A stretch of 64,000 nucleotides of DNA. It comes from Chrysomallon squamiferum. Taxonomy: Eukaryota; Animalia; Mollusca. Below the pieces are notes generated by a model. It was not told the DNA's origin and did not search any database. It worked only from the letters and a program-made list of their open reading frames with translations. A program made the translations under genes and the position numbers. Location of the stretch: positions 8,184,001 through 8,248,000 of the forward strand of contig CM022668.1 of assembly GCA_012295275.1 (NCBI GenBank), written 5' to 3'. Shown piece after piece: positions 50,576 through 60,800 of the stretch (within the stretch, counting starts at the first letter, position 1; every line of letters begins with the position of its first letter).

Positions 50576-53500
50576 TTCATAAATATTTATTTTCTTCAAT
50601 TTTTTTGAATAAAAAATAAAATAAATCTATTGAACAATTAACAGTCTAACAAAAGTTTATATCTGGATTATCTTTATGTATGAAGAAACACATATATATG
50701 CCACACACAACACAGACATACACATGTGTATATTCATCTATTAATAATGTACACTCCTGTATACACATGTAAACACCACCAGTACCTACAACAAACAGGC
50801 ATTAAATATTTTTATAGGTAAATATCATTTTTGTTCAGCTACTTGTTTCAAAATAACACTCAATTTGAAAAGAAGTATTAATATTATAAAACACATATGA
50901 AATATACTTGAATTTTTAGTGAAGAAAGGAAAATATTAAGAACAGTTTTAAACTAACCTGCTCTGCAGTTTTGTACCAGTTCATCGACGCCATTACTAAC
51001 TTATGACGTTCTTCAGCATGATACATCAGCTGTTGCCATGCCAATGTAACATTCTCTGCAATTGCTCGAACGAGTTCTGAGTTGTAATGTTGTCCCTGTA
51101 TCATAGCTTCAGCTTTGTGAGTAACCTGCACAACACTTATGTGTGTTTTCTACAAAATAAACCAAAAAATAAAATTAAAATAAATAAATTTAAATAAAGG
51201 AATATTTAAAAAATAGTAATATAATAAAAAATAAAAAAAATGTTTTTATATTAGGTATCTGTATAGCTAGCATAATTATAAGATATCTAATAATAAAAAA
51301 TAAATTTTTAGACGTGCACAGTTTTCCTGAAAAAGACTACTTTAATTGCAAACAAACATTTATTTCTACAAAAAGTTTTTATCTAATAAAATATACTTTT
51401 TATATAAATATATTTTAGTTTTTAAATAAAACATTAAAATGACTGAAAGGAATTTGGTCTCAAATAGATCTGTTTTGCATTTCAACATACCAGAATGAAA
51501 AGGATCATTTGCAGATGCATTTCTTTCATATTTATACTAGTATCAATAATTAAACATTTTATTTGTTTAACAATTTTACACACATCCAGAATGTTTTTAT
51601 AATATCACCAGTTTATACTAATTTCAAAATCTAAATGAATCCTACTCCGAAATTTCTAAAAACAGATCTCAAAAGATCAACATTTATTTATATGAAAATA
51701 ACTCATAGTCAGAAATTATTTATGTATGTAAATTAAATAAAAAAAATAAATTTACATTTATTTTCTGATTTCTCAGAAAGAGGTTATTTGGTTAAGTGAA
51801 TTTTTACCTCTATAGCCATCATGAACTGTTCATGTTCTTTCTTCAACTGCTCCGCTTCCATTAGTGAGTTTGGACACATAAAACTCGCAGTCAGCATCGA
51901 CTCACCATTGCGTACCCAGCAAATAACCTGAAATATTCATTAGAAATATTTTAAATTTATCATAAATGTGACAGTTCAGTATGTCAAAATTATAAGAAAC
52001 CTTTTAAAAAATGTATGATTTTATTCTTATTGCCAGTTATATTTACTATATTTATTATTGTTGTTGTTGCTGTTGCTGTTGTGACTGTGATAATAATTAA
52101 ATACTACCCAATATTAGATTATGTATTCTAATGGAAATTATATTTATAATATTACATATTAAGGGAAAAAAACCCATATGTTGATTAATCCTACAAAATC
52201 CTTAGTGGAATTAAAAGAAGAAAAAAATGTTGATAGTATTTAATCTCATAATCTATTTAAAAAAAAAAATATAATAATAATAAAATAAAAAACAGAGAGA
52301 GTCAGACACATAAATAGATAGATTTATATATATGAAAAGCTTGTAAAATGGAATAACAGCATTAATAATAACAATCTTCTGCTGAAATTCAACTAGCATG
52401 CAAGATAATTTATCAGAAAATTATCTCCAGTTTGGTCATCCATTCTCCATAATATTCAACATCTCTGTCTTTAGAGTCACACTTCAGAAATACACTTCAA
52501 ACATTTCACAAATATAAATAAGAAATGACAGATCATACCTGTCTGGCCTCTATTTCAAAGTTACGAAGTTGTACACACTGCTCCAGTCTTATACGTTTCT
52601 GTTCTGCGAAAGTCTCGAGGTCAATCTGTCGTTCATGAAGATACTCCAGTAAAATCTGAATTCGACTCTGTGCATCATACTGAGAATCTGACATCAGCTT
52701 CACACCAGAACTTTCAGTCAACTGTCACATAATAAATGTTTTAACTTTTAGTCTTTCAAACAGATAATAATACTATAAATAATAACAATGACAATAATGA
52801 TAATAATAACAATAATAACAATGATGATAATAATAATGATAATAATAATAATTGTAACAATAACAACAACAAATCCAATTTCCACATTTGCAAATAAATT
52901 TGGACACATAAATTAACAACTTCAAATAGAAGAGTGTTTAAAAAAACATTTTGCTGGTTAAGACATTTCTTAAAATTGTAGAGATTTAAACTAATGCCTT
53001 AAGCAAATGATATATTTAATCTATCTATGATTCAGTTTACTATAAAAATAGTTAACAATTTATTATGATAAATGTATATACCTGACACAGTTCTTGTCCT
53101 CTCTGCAACACCTCAAATGTACAGTTCTGCATATGCAACACACTGTCATTGTGCATCTGCAACAGCTGCTCTGCTTTGGCTCCATCGGTGACCATCTCCA
53201 TGTGTTGTAATTCCTCTGCCCATAGCTCCAGTTGCGAGGAAACCTAACAATAATAAATAAAATAAGGACACATATGTTAGTCATTTTTGTTATCAAAACA
53301 ATCATCACCATCACCATAACTTTGCTGGAATTATTTTTTAAGAAACTGAAGGGATATATATAGTTTTCCATGAAATTCCAGAGATTTACCACCCAACTTT
53401 ACTAGAAAATCCCAAAGATACATGACCATACTTTTCAGGGAGATTCCAGGGGTTATAGGACAATAATTTTCAATGATGTCACAGGAAAACATGGTATTAA

Positions 53501-54169
53501 AGGGGTTATTGTCTGTGGAGGTAATCAGTGATAATAATGATAAAACATTATGTGAGAGATTTCAGAATCACCAAAATTTTATCTTTGAAATCTTTAAACC
53601 ATGACTTCTAGTAATCTCACTCTACCTTGTTTGTTTTTTATTTTTATTTTTTTTTTTTTGTACTGGGTTCCAATATTTCAGAAAAAAATTAATAATATTT
53701 AGTATGCCTGTTGTCAAGGTATCTTCAGCACTGAAATATATTGTTTTTTAGTTATTAGTAATATTAGTTTTTTAATACTAAGTAAGTCTTCTAAGGTTCA
53801 ATAATGTATCAAAGCCATAATTTTACATATATATTTTGTTCTTATTGTTTTTGTTTTCTTTACTAAGCTGGATTTAACCATTTGTTTTAGGTAAGAAGAC
53901 TTTAGTAAACAACTGCACTTAACTGATGTAAAATCTATAAATTTATTCATTTAAATTTTAAATCAAGATTTTTGTGTATGTCTTCAACCAATTATTTTGT
54001 TATTTAATGTTGTTTATTCTTATTAATTATTTACCTCAAGAGCATCTCGCTCAAAGATCCGAAGCTGTAAACAGAGATCAAGTTTGAGTTTCCTTGCAGC
54101 CCACAAATCTTCAAGCTGACTTCGACTTTCATTTAGCTGATGTAATACACCTGTAATAATAATATTAAC

Positions 54170-54204
<35 letters not shown>

Positions 54205-54516
54205 CATGAGGTAAAATGAAGTGAAATAGTGTGTGAATGTGTGTATGCATATCTTAAAAATGATATCTTTAAGATGCACGTATTGTATGTGAAGGGGGTG
54301 TATGCTACATATGCGTAAGTATGATTATTTTTCTTGGTTCAAGGTAAAGATAAACAAGATTAATAATAAGTACTTAGTTAGATATGTTATGGTATATTGA
54401 ACTCTTTAACTATATTGCAAATTCCTGTAGTAACTTAAGTGAAAATATTTAGTAAACTATTTATTAAGAAAAATAAAATGAAAGTAAATAACAATATTTA
54501 TTTATTATTTATTTAT

Positions 54517-54557
<41 letters not shown>

Positions 54558-54806
54558 TGTAGTAGTAGTTGTTGTTCACCATGGACTAAAACATAACAGT
54601 GTGTTAATTATTTCTGTTTAAATACTTAATATTTAATCTATATCACATAAGCCATTCTCTTTTAGTAACACACTCACACACACACATACACACAGAGGCA
54701 GAGAGACAAACAGTATGTCATTAAAGGGAGACAACTCAAAACATACTCACCCTCAATGTGTTTACAGTCAGACAGCTGGTTTCTATCATCTTCAATTGCC
54801 AATGCC
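31865..54806 (-). CDS. trio: Trio/Kalirin/UNC-73 family Rho guanine nucleotide exchange factor, partial multi-exon gene (24 exons: spectrin repeats-DH1-PH1-SH3); extends beyond both window ends
   Basis: Hand-translated exons give Trio-family signature peptides in collinear order ([73 protein letters not shown]). All introns are GT-AG and phases are consistent except for one +1 discrepancy in the exon at 42762-42911. Confidence 0.96.
32664..32730 (-). CDS. trio: Trio exon: (E)[21 protein letters not shown](R)
   Basis: 67 nt, phase 1 to 2, exactly bridging the flanking exon phases; SSP..KR motif as in Trio/Kalirin SSPGPKR. Confidence 0.9.
33092..33335 (-). CDS. trio: Trio exon, SH3-1: [81 protein letters not shown](E)
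   Basis: 244 nt, phase 0 to 1; TVVI.DY.A, GQ.VEVL, CL.R and GLVP SH3 motifs. Confidence 0.95.
33772..33828. mobile_element. Possible pogo/Tigger-like transposon terminus remnant
   Basis: AAAATCCTAAATATTTCTTGTCCCAAGAATTTCAGATTAGGGATCCTCAATATG-TA resembles, from recall, Tigger/Zombi-type 3' ends; partner TIR not found. Confidence 0.3.
35861..35946. repeat. (AAAT)n/(AAAAT)n microsatellite
   Basis: Tetra- then pentanucleotide run following an A tract. Confidence 0.92.
36243..36263 (-). CDS. Candidate 21-nt microexon (YGFANVK)
   Basis: AAG acceptor with an upstream U/C tract containing UGC; AAG|GTAGTT donor in the same context as the 45-nt candidate; phase 0-0; two CpG in 21 nt. Confidence 0.4.
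38505..38835. repeat. Decayed ~35-bp minisatellite
   Basis: Recurrent ATGACAAAT(A/G)CAAATGACAGTGA..A.AAAATACA.C. Confidence 0.8.
38989..39033 (-). CDS. Candidate 45-nt frame-preserving cassette exon ([15 protein letters not shown])
   Basis: TTTTTCTTTTCTCTATTGCCATTTTAACCTTCAG acceptor, AAG|GTAGTT donor, phase 0-0 and open, inside a phase-0 intron. Confidence 0.5.
39223..39276 (-). CDS. Candidate alternative terminal exon ([17 protein letters not shown])
   Basis: Very strong pyrimidine tract (TTTTTTTTCTTCTTTTTTTCCCCCCTACCTCGTATTGCATCCCAG); open in phase 0 for 17 codons to TAA. Confidence 0.4.
   Translation of the reverse strand, partial: GLKNNRRYNQAVLFNAR
42412..42544 (-). CDS. trio: Trio exon, Ser-rich linker: (R)[44 protein letters not shown]
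   Basis: TTTTCAG acceptor, AAG|GTAATG donor, 133 nt, phase 2 to 0; positionally equivalent to human RDGEDLDSQ...TLDSDK. Confidence 0.9.
42762..42911 (-). CDS. trio: Trio exon, PH1 C-terminal helix and linker: [41 protein letters not shown]..., with an apparent +1 frameshift
   Basis: AAG acceptor and TCG|GTGAGT donor give 150 nt with an in-frame TAA at 42782-42780; the next exon needs phase 2 (149 nt); the +1 frame reads ...NSSRAS(R) open to the donor. Confidence 0.9.
43359..43460 (-). CDS. trio: Trio exon, PH1: [34 protein letters not shown]
   Basis: 102 nt, phase 0-0; TEH.EGD..KFALW.GR motif. Confidence 0.96.
43850..44110 (-). CDS. trio: Trio exon, DH1 end and PH1 start: [22 protein letters not shown]...[44 protein letters not shown]
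   Basis: 261 nt, phase 0-0; ATG|GTAAGA donor; overlaps ORF 43721..44098. Confidence 0.97.
44633..44767 (-). CDS. trio: Trio exon, DH1 CR3: [45 protein letters not shown]
   Basis: 135 nt, phase 0-0; [16 protein letters not shown] catalytic motif. Confidence 0.97.
45252..45341 (-). CDS. trio: Trio exon, DH1: [30 protein letters not shown]
   Basis: 90 nt, phase 0-0; [12 protein letters not shown] motif. Confidence 0.96.
45873..45942 (-). CDS. trio: Trio exon, DH1: (D)[23 protein letters not shown]
   Basis: 70 nt, phase 2 to 0; [20 protein letters not shown] motif. Confidence 0.96.
46196..46305 (-). CDS. trio: Trio exon, DH1: [36 protein letters not shown](D)
   Basis: 110 nt, phase 0 to 2; IIFGN..EIY.FH motif; GTAAGT donor. 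Confidence 0.96.
46538..46604 (-). CDS. trio: Trio exon, DH1 start: (E)[22 protein letters not shown]
   Basis: 67 nt, phase 2 to 0; canonical DH CR1 motif ELLQTE..YV.DL. Confidence 0.96.
46843..46952 (-). CDS. trio: Trio exon, spectrin-DH1 linker: [36 protein letters not shown](E)
   Basis: 110 nt, phase 0 to 2; RKSARR motif; tandem CAGCAG acceptor (alternative exon start at 46949). Confidence 0.93.
47668..47856 (-). CDS. trio: Trio exon: [63 protein letters not shown]
   Basis: 189 nt, phase 0-0; [10 protein letters not shown] and AVDKRY.DFS.RMEKYR motifs. Confidence 0.95.
48590..48712 (-). CDS. trio: Trio exon, last spectrin repeat: [41 protein letters not shown]
   Basis: 123 nt, phase 0-0; ALEWI..GE.YL motif. 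Confidence 0.95.
49004..49119 (-). CDS. trio: Trio exon: (A)[38 protein letters not shown]
   Basis: 116 nt, phase 1 to 0; CAG|GTATGT donor. Confidence 0.95.
49123..49274. repeat. Compound trinucleotide microsatellite (AAT)n(TAG)n(AAT)n(AACAAT)n abutting a splice acceptor
   Basis: Direct reading; ends within a few nt of the acceptor AG at 49121-49120. Confidence 0.95.
49439..49550 (-). CDS. trio: Trio exon: [37 protein letters not shown](A)
   Basis: 112 nt, phase 0 to 1; ACTLARR and FLKY motifs. Confidence 0.95.
49965..50001 (+). mobile_element. Possible SINE 3' end with (AAAC)n tail
   Basis: TTTTTTGTGCTAAGGTGTCATTAAACAAACAAAC shares its core with 23824-23866. Confidence 0.3.
50179..50325 (-). 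CDS. trio: Trio exon, spectrin repeat: [49 protein letters not shown]
   Basis: 147 nt, phase 0-0; SVLESL, EDWC and QKEAFLK motifs. Confidence 0.95.
50345..50575. repeat. Compound (AAT)n/(GAT)n/(AAC)n low-complexity tract upstream of a splice acceptor
   Basis: Direct reading. Confidence 0.9.
50958..51149 (-). CDS. trio: Trio exon, spectrin repeat: [64 protein letters not shown]
   Basis: 192 nt, phase 0-0; CAG|GTTAGT donor. Confidence 0.95.
51808..51927 (-). CDS. trio: Trio exon, spectrin repeat: [40 protein letters not shown]
   Basis: 120 nt, phase 0-0; W.RNGESML and EAEQL..EHEQF motifs. Confidence 0.95.
52539..52721 (-). CDS. trio: Trio exon, spectrin repeat: [61 protein letters not shown]
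   Basis: 183 nt, phase 0-0; LEQCVQLR motif; CAG|GTATGA donor. Confidence 0.95.
53082..53243 (-). CDS. trio: Trio exon, spectrin repeat: [54 protein letters not shown]
   Basis: 162 nt, phase 0-0, TAG acceptor and CAG|GTATAT donor. Confidence 0.95.
54035..54150 (-). CDS. trio: Trio exon, spectrin repeat: (G)[38 protein letters not shown]
   Basis: AG/GT boundaries, 116 nt, phase 1 to 0; [10 protein letters not shown] motif. Confidence 0.95.
54751..54806 (-). CDS. trio: Trio exon, spectrin region: (R)[18 protein letters not shown](G)
   Basis: TTTTCTACAG acceptor, G|GTGAGT donor, 56 nt, phase 2 to 1; joins the next exon as HIEGVLHQL (human Trio HIETVLQQL). Confidence 0.88.
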
Positions 54807-57800
54807 CTGTAGAAAACAGCCACAATCCATTTCAGTGCATAATACATTCTAACAGTTATCTGAATGAATATCACCAACAACATCAACAACAATTCAATGA
54901 GCACAAACATGGACACCCATGACAATCTGACTATCATGGTGGACATCTTGTATCCTAGGCAAGAAACTCTGAGTAACTTTGACTGACAGCAAAGAAATAT
55001 TTTCTTATAAAACACAGTGATGTACCAGAGCATGTTTTGTCATTTTTATGTCATCTCTTTTAATCATTTCAAACTGTCTCGTGTCAAATCGTTATTTCAC
55101 TGCTCTGTATACATATTTTAATTAAAATAAATATAGTCTTACATAATTTATTGCAATCTCCAAGACAATACCATAAACAAGTTAAAGAACTTCAAACCTC
55201 ACTATGTTTATACACAAAATTTGTAAGTTTTCACACTATTATAGTTTATATTTTGTACACAATGTATATTATATAACTCTTGTATTCAGCATTGTCTTAA
55301 TATGAATACATTCAATAACATTTGATCCATTCAAAATGTTATCTGTTTCACTGCACAATTAAAATCAATAAATTTGTAATCAGTCACAATATACATCACA
55401 AAATATTCATCATTTTCACACTGTTGTTACGAATAAATTATAAAACACTTGAGTATGTTAATCACAGTATAATTTATCGATTATAATTTATCAGTTTCCA
55501 CAAATTTAAGAACTCCTGAATGTACAGTATAGAAATTTGTTTTTGTCTTCACAGTGTTCATTATATGATAGATATATTTCACAAACTCCTCTAAAAACAA
55601 ATCTAAAAAAACAAAGAATCCTTTTGAAGCAGTATTCACATACACCACAGGGTTAAAAAAACCAAGATATTATGTCATATATGTAATATTGTCATATCCC
55701 AATTAGTGAAAATGATTTCTGCTTCTTTAATTAAACAATTAAGGTTTAAAAAACTGTTTTATCTGTTTTCACATAAAACATACACTGAAAACAAACAAAA
55801 AATCCACAACAAAAAAAAAAAAAACACAAGAAATTCAACTATATATGTATGTAATTCGGTCACATTCCAATTAGTGAAAATGAGTTTTTTCACTTCACTA
55901 ATTAAACACAGTTATAACTGAAGGGAATATCAAACTAATGTAGTTTTCACACAACACATGGTAGTTAAAACAAGAACTTTCAAGTGGATATGTGGCTGAC
56001 ACATTGCCAAGCTTGTAGGTACAAATATCAATATATCAACACTAGTGTCTCCATTAGATAATTTCATATAGATATACTGGTATGTTCATTAAGTATACAT
56101 GTATATAATACAGGCTCAACAATGGTGATATCTCTTATTTAAGTACATATATGTTAATGGCTTGGACAACACCAAATGAATAAACTCCTACGAACAGCAC
56201 ACTGAACGGAAATGCTTTTTTTTTAATGTTTCATGTGCACTATTATATATTTTTCTTACTCTCTTTCATGTAACTTAAGGACTGTTATACAAAGACAGGT
56301 ATTCATGTATATGTCATGAAGTTACATTCCTCACTACAATCTATCTTTACAACAGTGTTTAGGGCTGATCAGCTCCTTTCTCTGTGGATAATTCACTTGT
56401 GTTCTGGGTGCAGTGATAACTATATCATACACAGAATAGATATGTCATGTGTACAGTGTACTGTATGGTTTTTCGTTCACTGTATATGAAAGATGATTCT
56501 TATGTAAAAGTTTATTTTATAGTAAACAAAAACAATAATTCCAGTTTTAAAATAGTTCAGTTCAGTGGACAGGAAAGAAGCATTCCATACATGACACAGT
56601 TCAGTTCAGAGCACAGCAGACTCATTTCATATGACATAGTTTATCTCAGTGAACACTGAAACACCATTCAGCATTATGACACAGGTTTAGCTCAAAGTAT
56701 AGTTAAAAATTCCTCCACATAATACAGATTATTCACTGATCATAAAGAATTGTTTCAAATATAGCGAACACAGTTCAATGTAAAGAATTGTTTCGTAAGT
56801 AGCAAATATGGTATACTTCAACATAAAGCATTGTTCCATATATAATAAATACAGCTTAGTTCAACAACAAAAAAATCTGATTCATCCAAACTGCACTGAT
56901 TTCAGTATTGGTAAATCCATTAAAAAGTTCTGTATAAAATCAAGAATTATTCCTTATAGATATGTAGTCAAAACATCAAGAATGTGTGTTTTTGTAATAT
57001 GTGATTTAACTGCACTCTTATATAATCCACAGAATACTTTAATTTTTGATGCATGTGTAACAATTTCTCTTACAGATAGTTCCATCCACAAACAAAACTG
57101 AAAACTGAAAGTAAGAATATTCCACTTCTTTTGAAAAAGAAACTTTTTCCATTCATTATACAGTTTATATGAATTTATCATACAGAGAACATGAGGGGCC
57201 TATTCTATTATTTCTCTTGTCTGAAGAAAACAAATATCTAAACATTAAAAAAATAATAACCTTCCTTGTACAAATTAATTTCGTAATAGAAAAAACTGAA
57301 CAATGCAGTTATCGCTGCAGCGTGACAACACAGCCTAATCAATATTTTGTAATATTTTTATGAGAAAAAACAGACACAAGTTTCTGTGTCTGTAAAATAA
57401 ATTCCTGACAGCTAAATCATGTAACAAAATAAAAATAACAATAAAATATCAGAAGCACTGAAGGATGCCAGAACATTTAATATGTTCTAAATAGTTATAT
57501 GATTTACACTCTTCCTTTAGTAAAACCAGGTAAAATAGAAATTATTATCAATACAAAATAATTTGAATGAATATTTGTATGTACCAAAAAATACTAAGTG
57601 ACAATGTGAAAGAAAACATTCAAAATGCTAAGAAACAAGTTTGTTAAAAAAAAGATTTATGTATGTTCTAGAAACTCATTAATTATGTAATTAAAAGACA
57701 TTACATCATTTCTGACCATACACAGCACAGTTTAGTTCTAAATATACACTTATCTATTTGTATATAACTTGCTCTGACCATAAAATGAAAATGAATTAGA

Positions 57801-60800
57801 CTGAATATAGACTTATCAACATATTCTAGAACCAGCAAGCTCTGTCTATATTAAATCCACTGATCACACAATGAAAAACAACTTTGTCACAATAACAACA
57901 AAACAGTTCCATTGTTGTTTTGCACAAACATCTGCTGCAGAAAATGGCAACCAAAAATTTACAGCAGTCAATAAATTCTGGATGTTTAGCCACTGTCTTT
58001 TCTACCTACAGTCCACATAAAAATAGATTTCTGAAAAATAATAGTTAAGCTTTTTTTTTCCCTCTCACTTTTTTATATCTGTGAATACATGTATGAAAAG
58101 TTGACCTCTTGATGAACTTTTTGCCTGTTCAAGAAATTTACATAATTATTCAACATCTTCAGTGATAGTTGTTGTACCTTGTTTATTAAAACAAATAGCT
58201 TGTATTTTCTAATTTAAAAAAAAAGAAAAAAAAGAAATAAGAATGAATTTAAAATAACATGATTTGTATATATAATGTTAATATATAAGAAATATTTAAA
58301 AAATTAATAAAATTGGAAATGTTGCTATTGTTTATCTACTGAGAAACTAAAATAAGTAATTTATTACTTTTCTTTTGTTAATTTTATATTATGGACTCTT
58401 TCTGAAACAATTATCTCAGTTACCTAACACACATTTTATTACATATAGTATTACTGTTAGTCACTTTTGAACAATACCACAGATATCTAACAAATTGGAA
58501 TTGGTCTGTAACAAAAATACTTCAACAGATGGCAACAGTTTACTTCCCAGCAAAAAAAAAAAATTAACTAATGAATTTTACTATGAAGATATCCACACAT
58601 TAATAACAGAAAAGAAATAATCCACTCTGGACTTCAGGACTATCATTTCACCATCTGGTAACACGTCTCATTAATAATGAATACAATCAATAGCCCACTC
58701 ACAACAAAACTTTAGTTTGTGGTGTGGTTTTTTTTTCTTCTTCAAAGACACAACTGGGGTTTTCAAGCCACTGTGTCACTAAGCTGCATGCTTTAATTAA
58801 GATGTATTCGTTGTCAGTGCTGTAATGTGACAGTCAAGTTATTGCTCAGTTTCAGTTTCAGAAAGACAAATTCATAGTCTGTGCTGTTATTAGTAATCCA
58901 CTTTAGGTACCATAATATCAGTATACCTGTATATATTAAGATAAATATTTGCTGTCAGACGACTCAAAGAAACAAAAATTTTAGTTTCTGAAACACATTA
59001 ATCCTTTTGCAGTTTATTCTATAGTTATGAGCTATAAAAAGGATATCAGAACTCTGACACAAATATTTATTTTCTTGAAGTATCTCTGATTAACTTTGTT
59101 AAATATATTTATGTATCAAGATGTTTTTGTTATTAGCAAAATAAAGTAAATGAGAAATTAACAGGACTTTTTGTTTTGACTTCAAGCTGTTTCTTCAATT
59201 TTCATGTATTTTTGTTGTCAGTATCATCAAGATCCTATATAAAAACACATCTGCTACATTTGCAATCCAATTTGTCCGTTATCTGTATACATATATTAAG
59301 CTATGCTTATTAAATTAAGCATTAATCAGAATCCAATAAGACATTTCATATCTGGATGACTTCTCCTTCAGCATTTACAATTTAATTTGTCATGAATCTT
59401 CCTGCATTAATATAATTTTAATGCATTACACACCAACAGAAAGCAACATATTACTTTATGTCTTTATACACATTAATTTGTCATTAATACCTATGCATTA
59501 ATTATTTAAGGTATGCTTATCATTTGTGACATAAATAACTGATTTACTTCGGATCAAAACTGTTTCAGCTTCCTCCAAAATGTAAACAGTTTTAGTTAAG
59601 AAATATCCAAAAACCAGATGATGAAAATTTAGTTTTGTTCTTTTTCCTTCTTCTTTTTATGGTCTACAGTATTGGTAATCAGCAAAATTAAGAATATCTA
59701 CAAGACTGAAATTAAGCTATGCACTTGTTTAACACAGCAATCTTCTTGTATTTATTTGAATTGTGTATTAAATAACACATCACAAGACTTTTTTCCCTTT
59801 TTCAAAAAATGTTTTGTTTCCAGGGTCAAAAATACACCTGCAGGATAATCCTTTAATCCTTCAGAATCCAAAAGAAAACAGTACTGTATGACCTAAATAT
59901 GCACTTGAAGTCAGTCAGTTTGTTAATGTGGTACAGATCAGAGATTAATACACAAGTGGTTATTTTTTATAAATGTCTGTTATGGATAGTATTTGTTGCT
60001 ATTTGTTTCTTTAACATAAATTAGGTCAAACTAACTTTCCTTTTAACAATGTCAAAACCTAATTTAATTTTTTTTGTTTCTTCCCTTTTTGCCTATCTTA
60101 AATTATTGGGATTTACTTAGTTATTTATTTAAAATCTGTCTGTAAAAACTGAATCAGTTCTACAAATACAATATAACTGCCTCTGGTTGTTTGTAATGAA
60201 ATAAATTATGATAAGTATCCAGGAGTGGTTTAGGTATTTTGATGCAATAAAACAGAGAATTCCTACCCAAATGGATTATCAACAATGTGACAAAAAGACA
60301 TAAAGTAATAAACAGCACTGCTTTAAATTAAGAAAACATGTATCACTAATGCTTTGAATTAATGTACAATAAAATATACCAATAAAAATCAACAGAAGGC
60401 TGTAAACATATACAGTAGTAAGATATGTAAATTATATCTAATGACAGTGTCAAAGATTATGACAATAAAAAGTTTCAGTTGTAATGTATTATCTTTTGGA
60501 AAACTATAAAACAATAAGACAAATTATATCTAATGTCAGTGCATTATACAAATATACAAATAATATCCAAAGGCAGATATATAAATTATGAAGCAATGAA
60601 ACACAGAGCTGATACAAAATATTATTATCCAGCAACACTTCAGGTCTGGAATCATACACTTCTGAATAACGTACAAGATGAGTTTTGTGCTTTTAAGAAT
60701 GATCACCAATCTAACAAATTAGTGTGTTAAAATTCTGAGCTGGCAGCTTGTCCCAGTTGTATTAGCTTTCACAGTTTGTCCAGAGCAAACAGTAAAAATG

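Noticed and set aside
53063-53392. ORF-track proteins at 53063..53392, 46113..46343 and 43328..43711
   Set aside because: They overlap real Trio exons but in the wrong frame; the correct frames are set by splice phase and homology.
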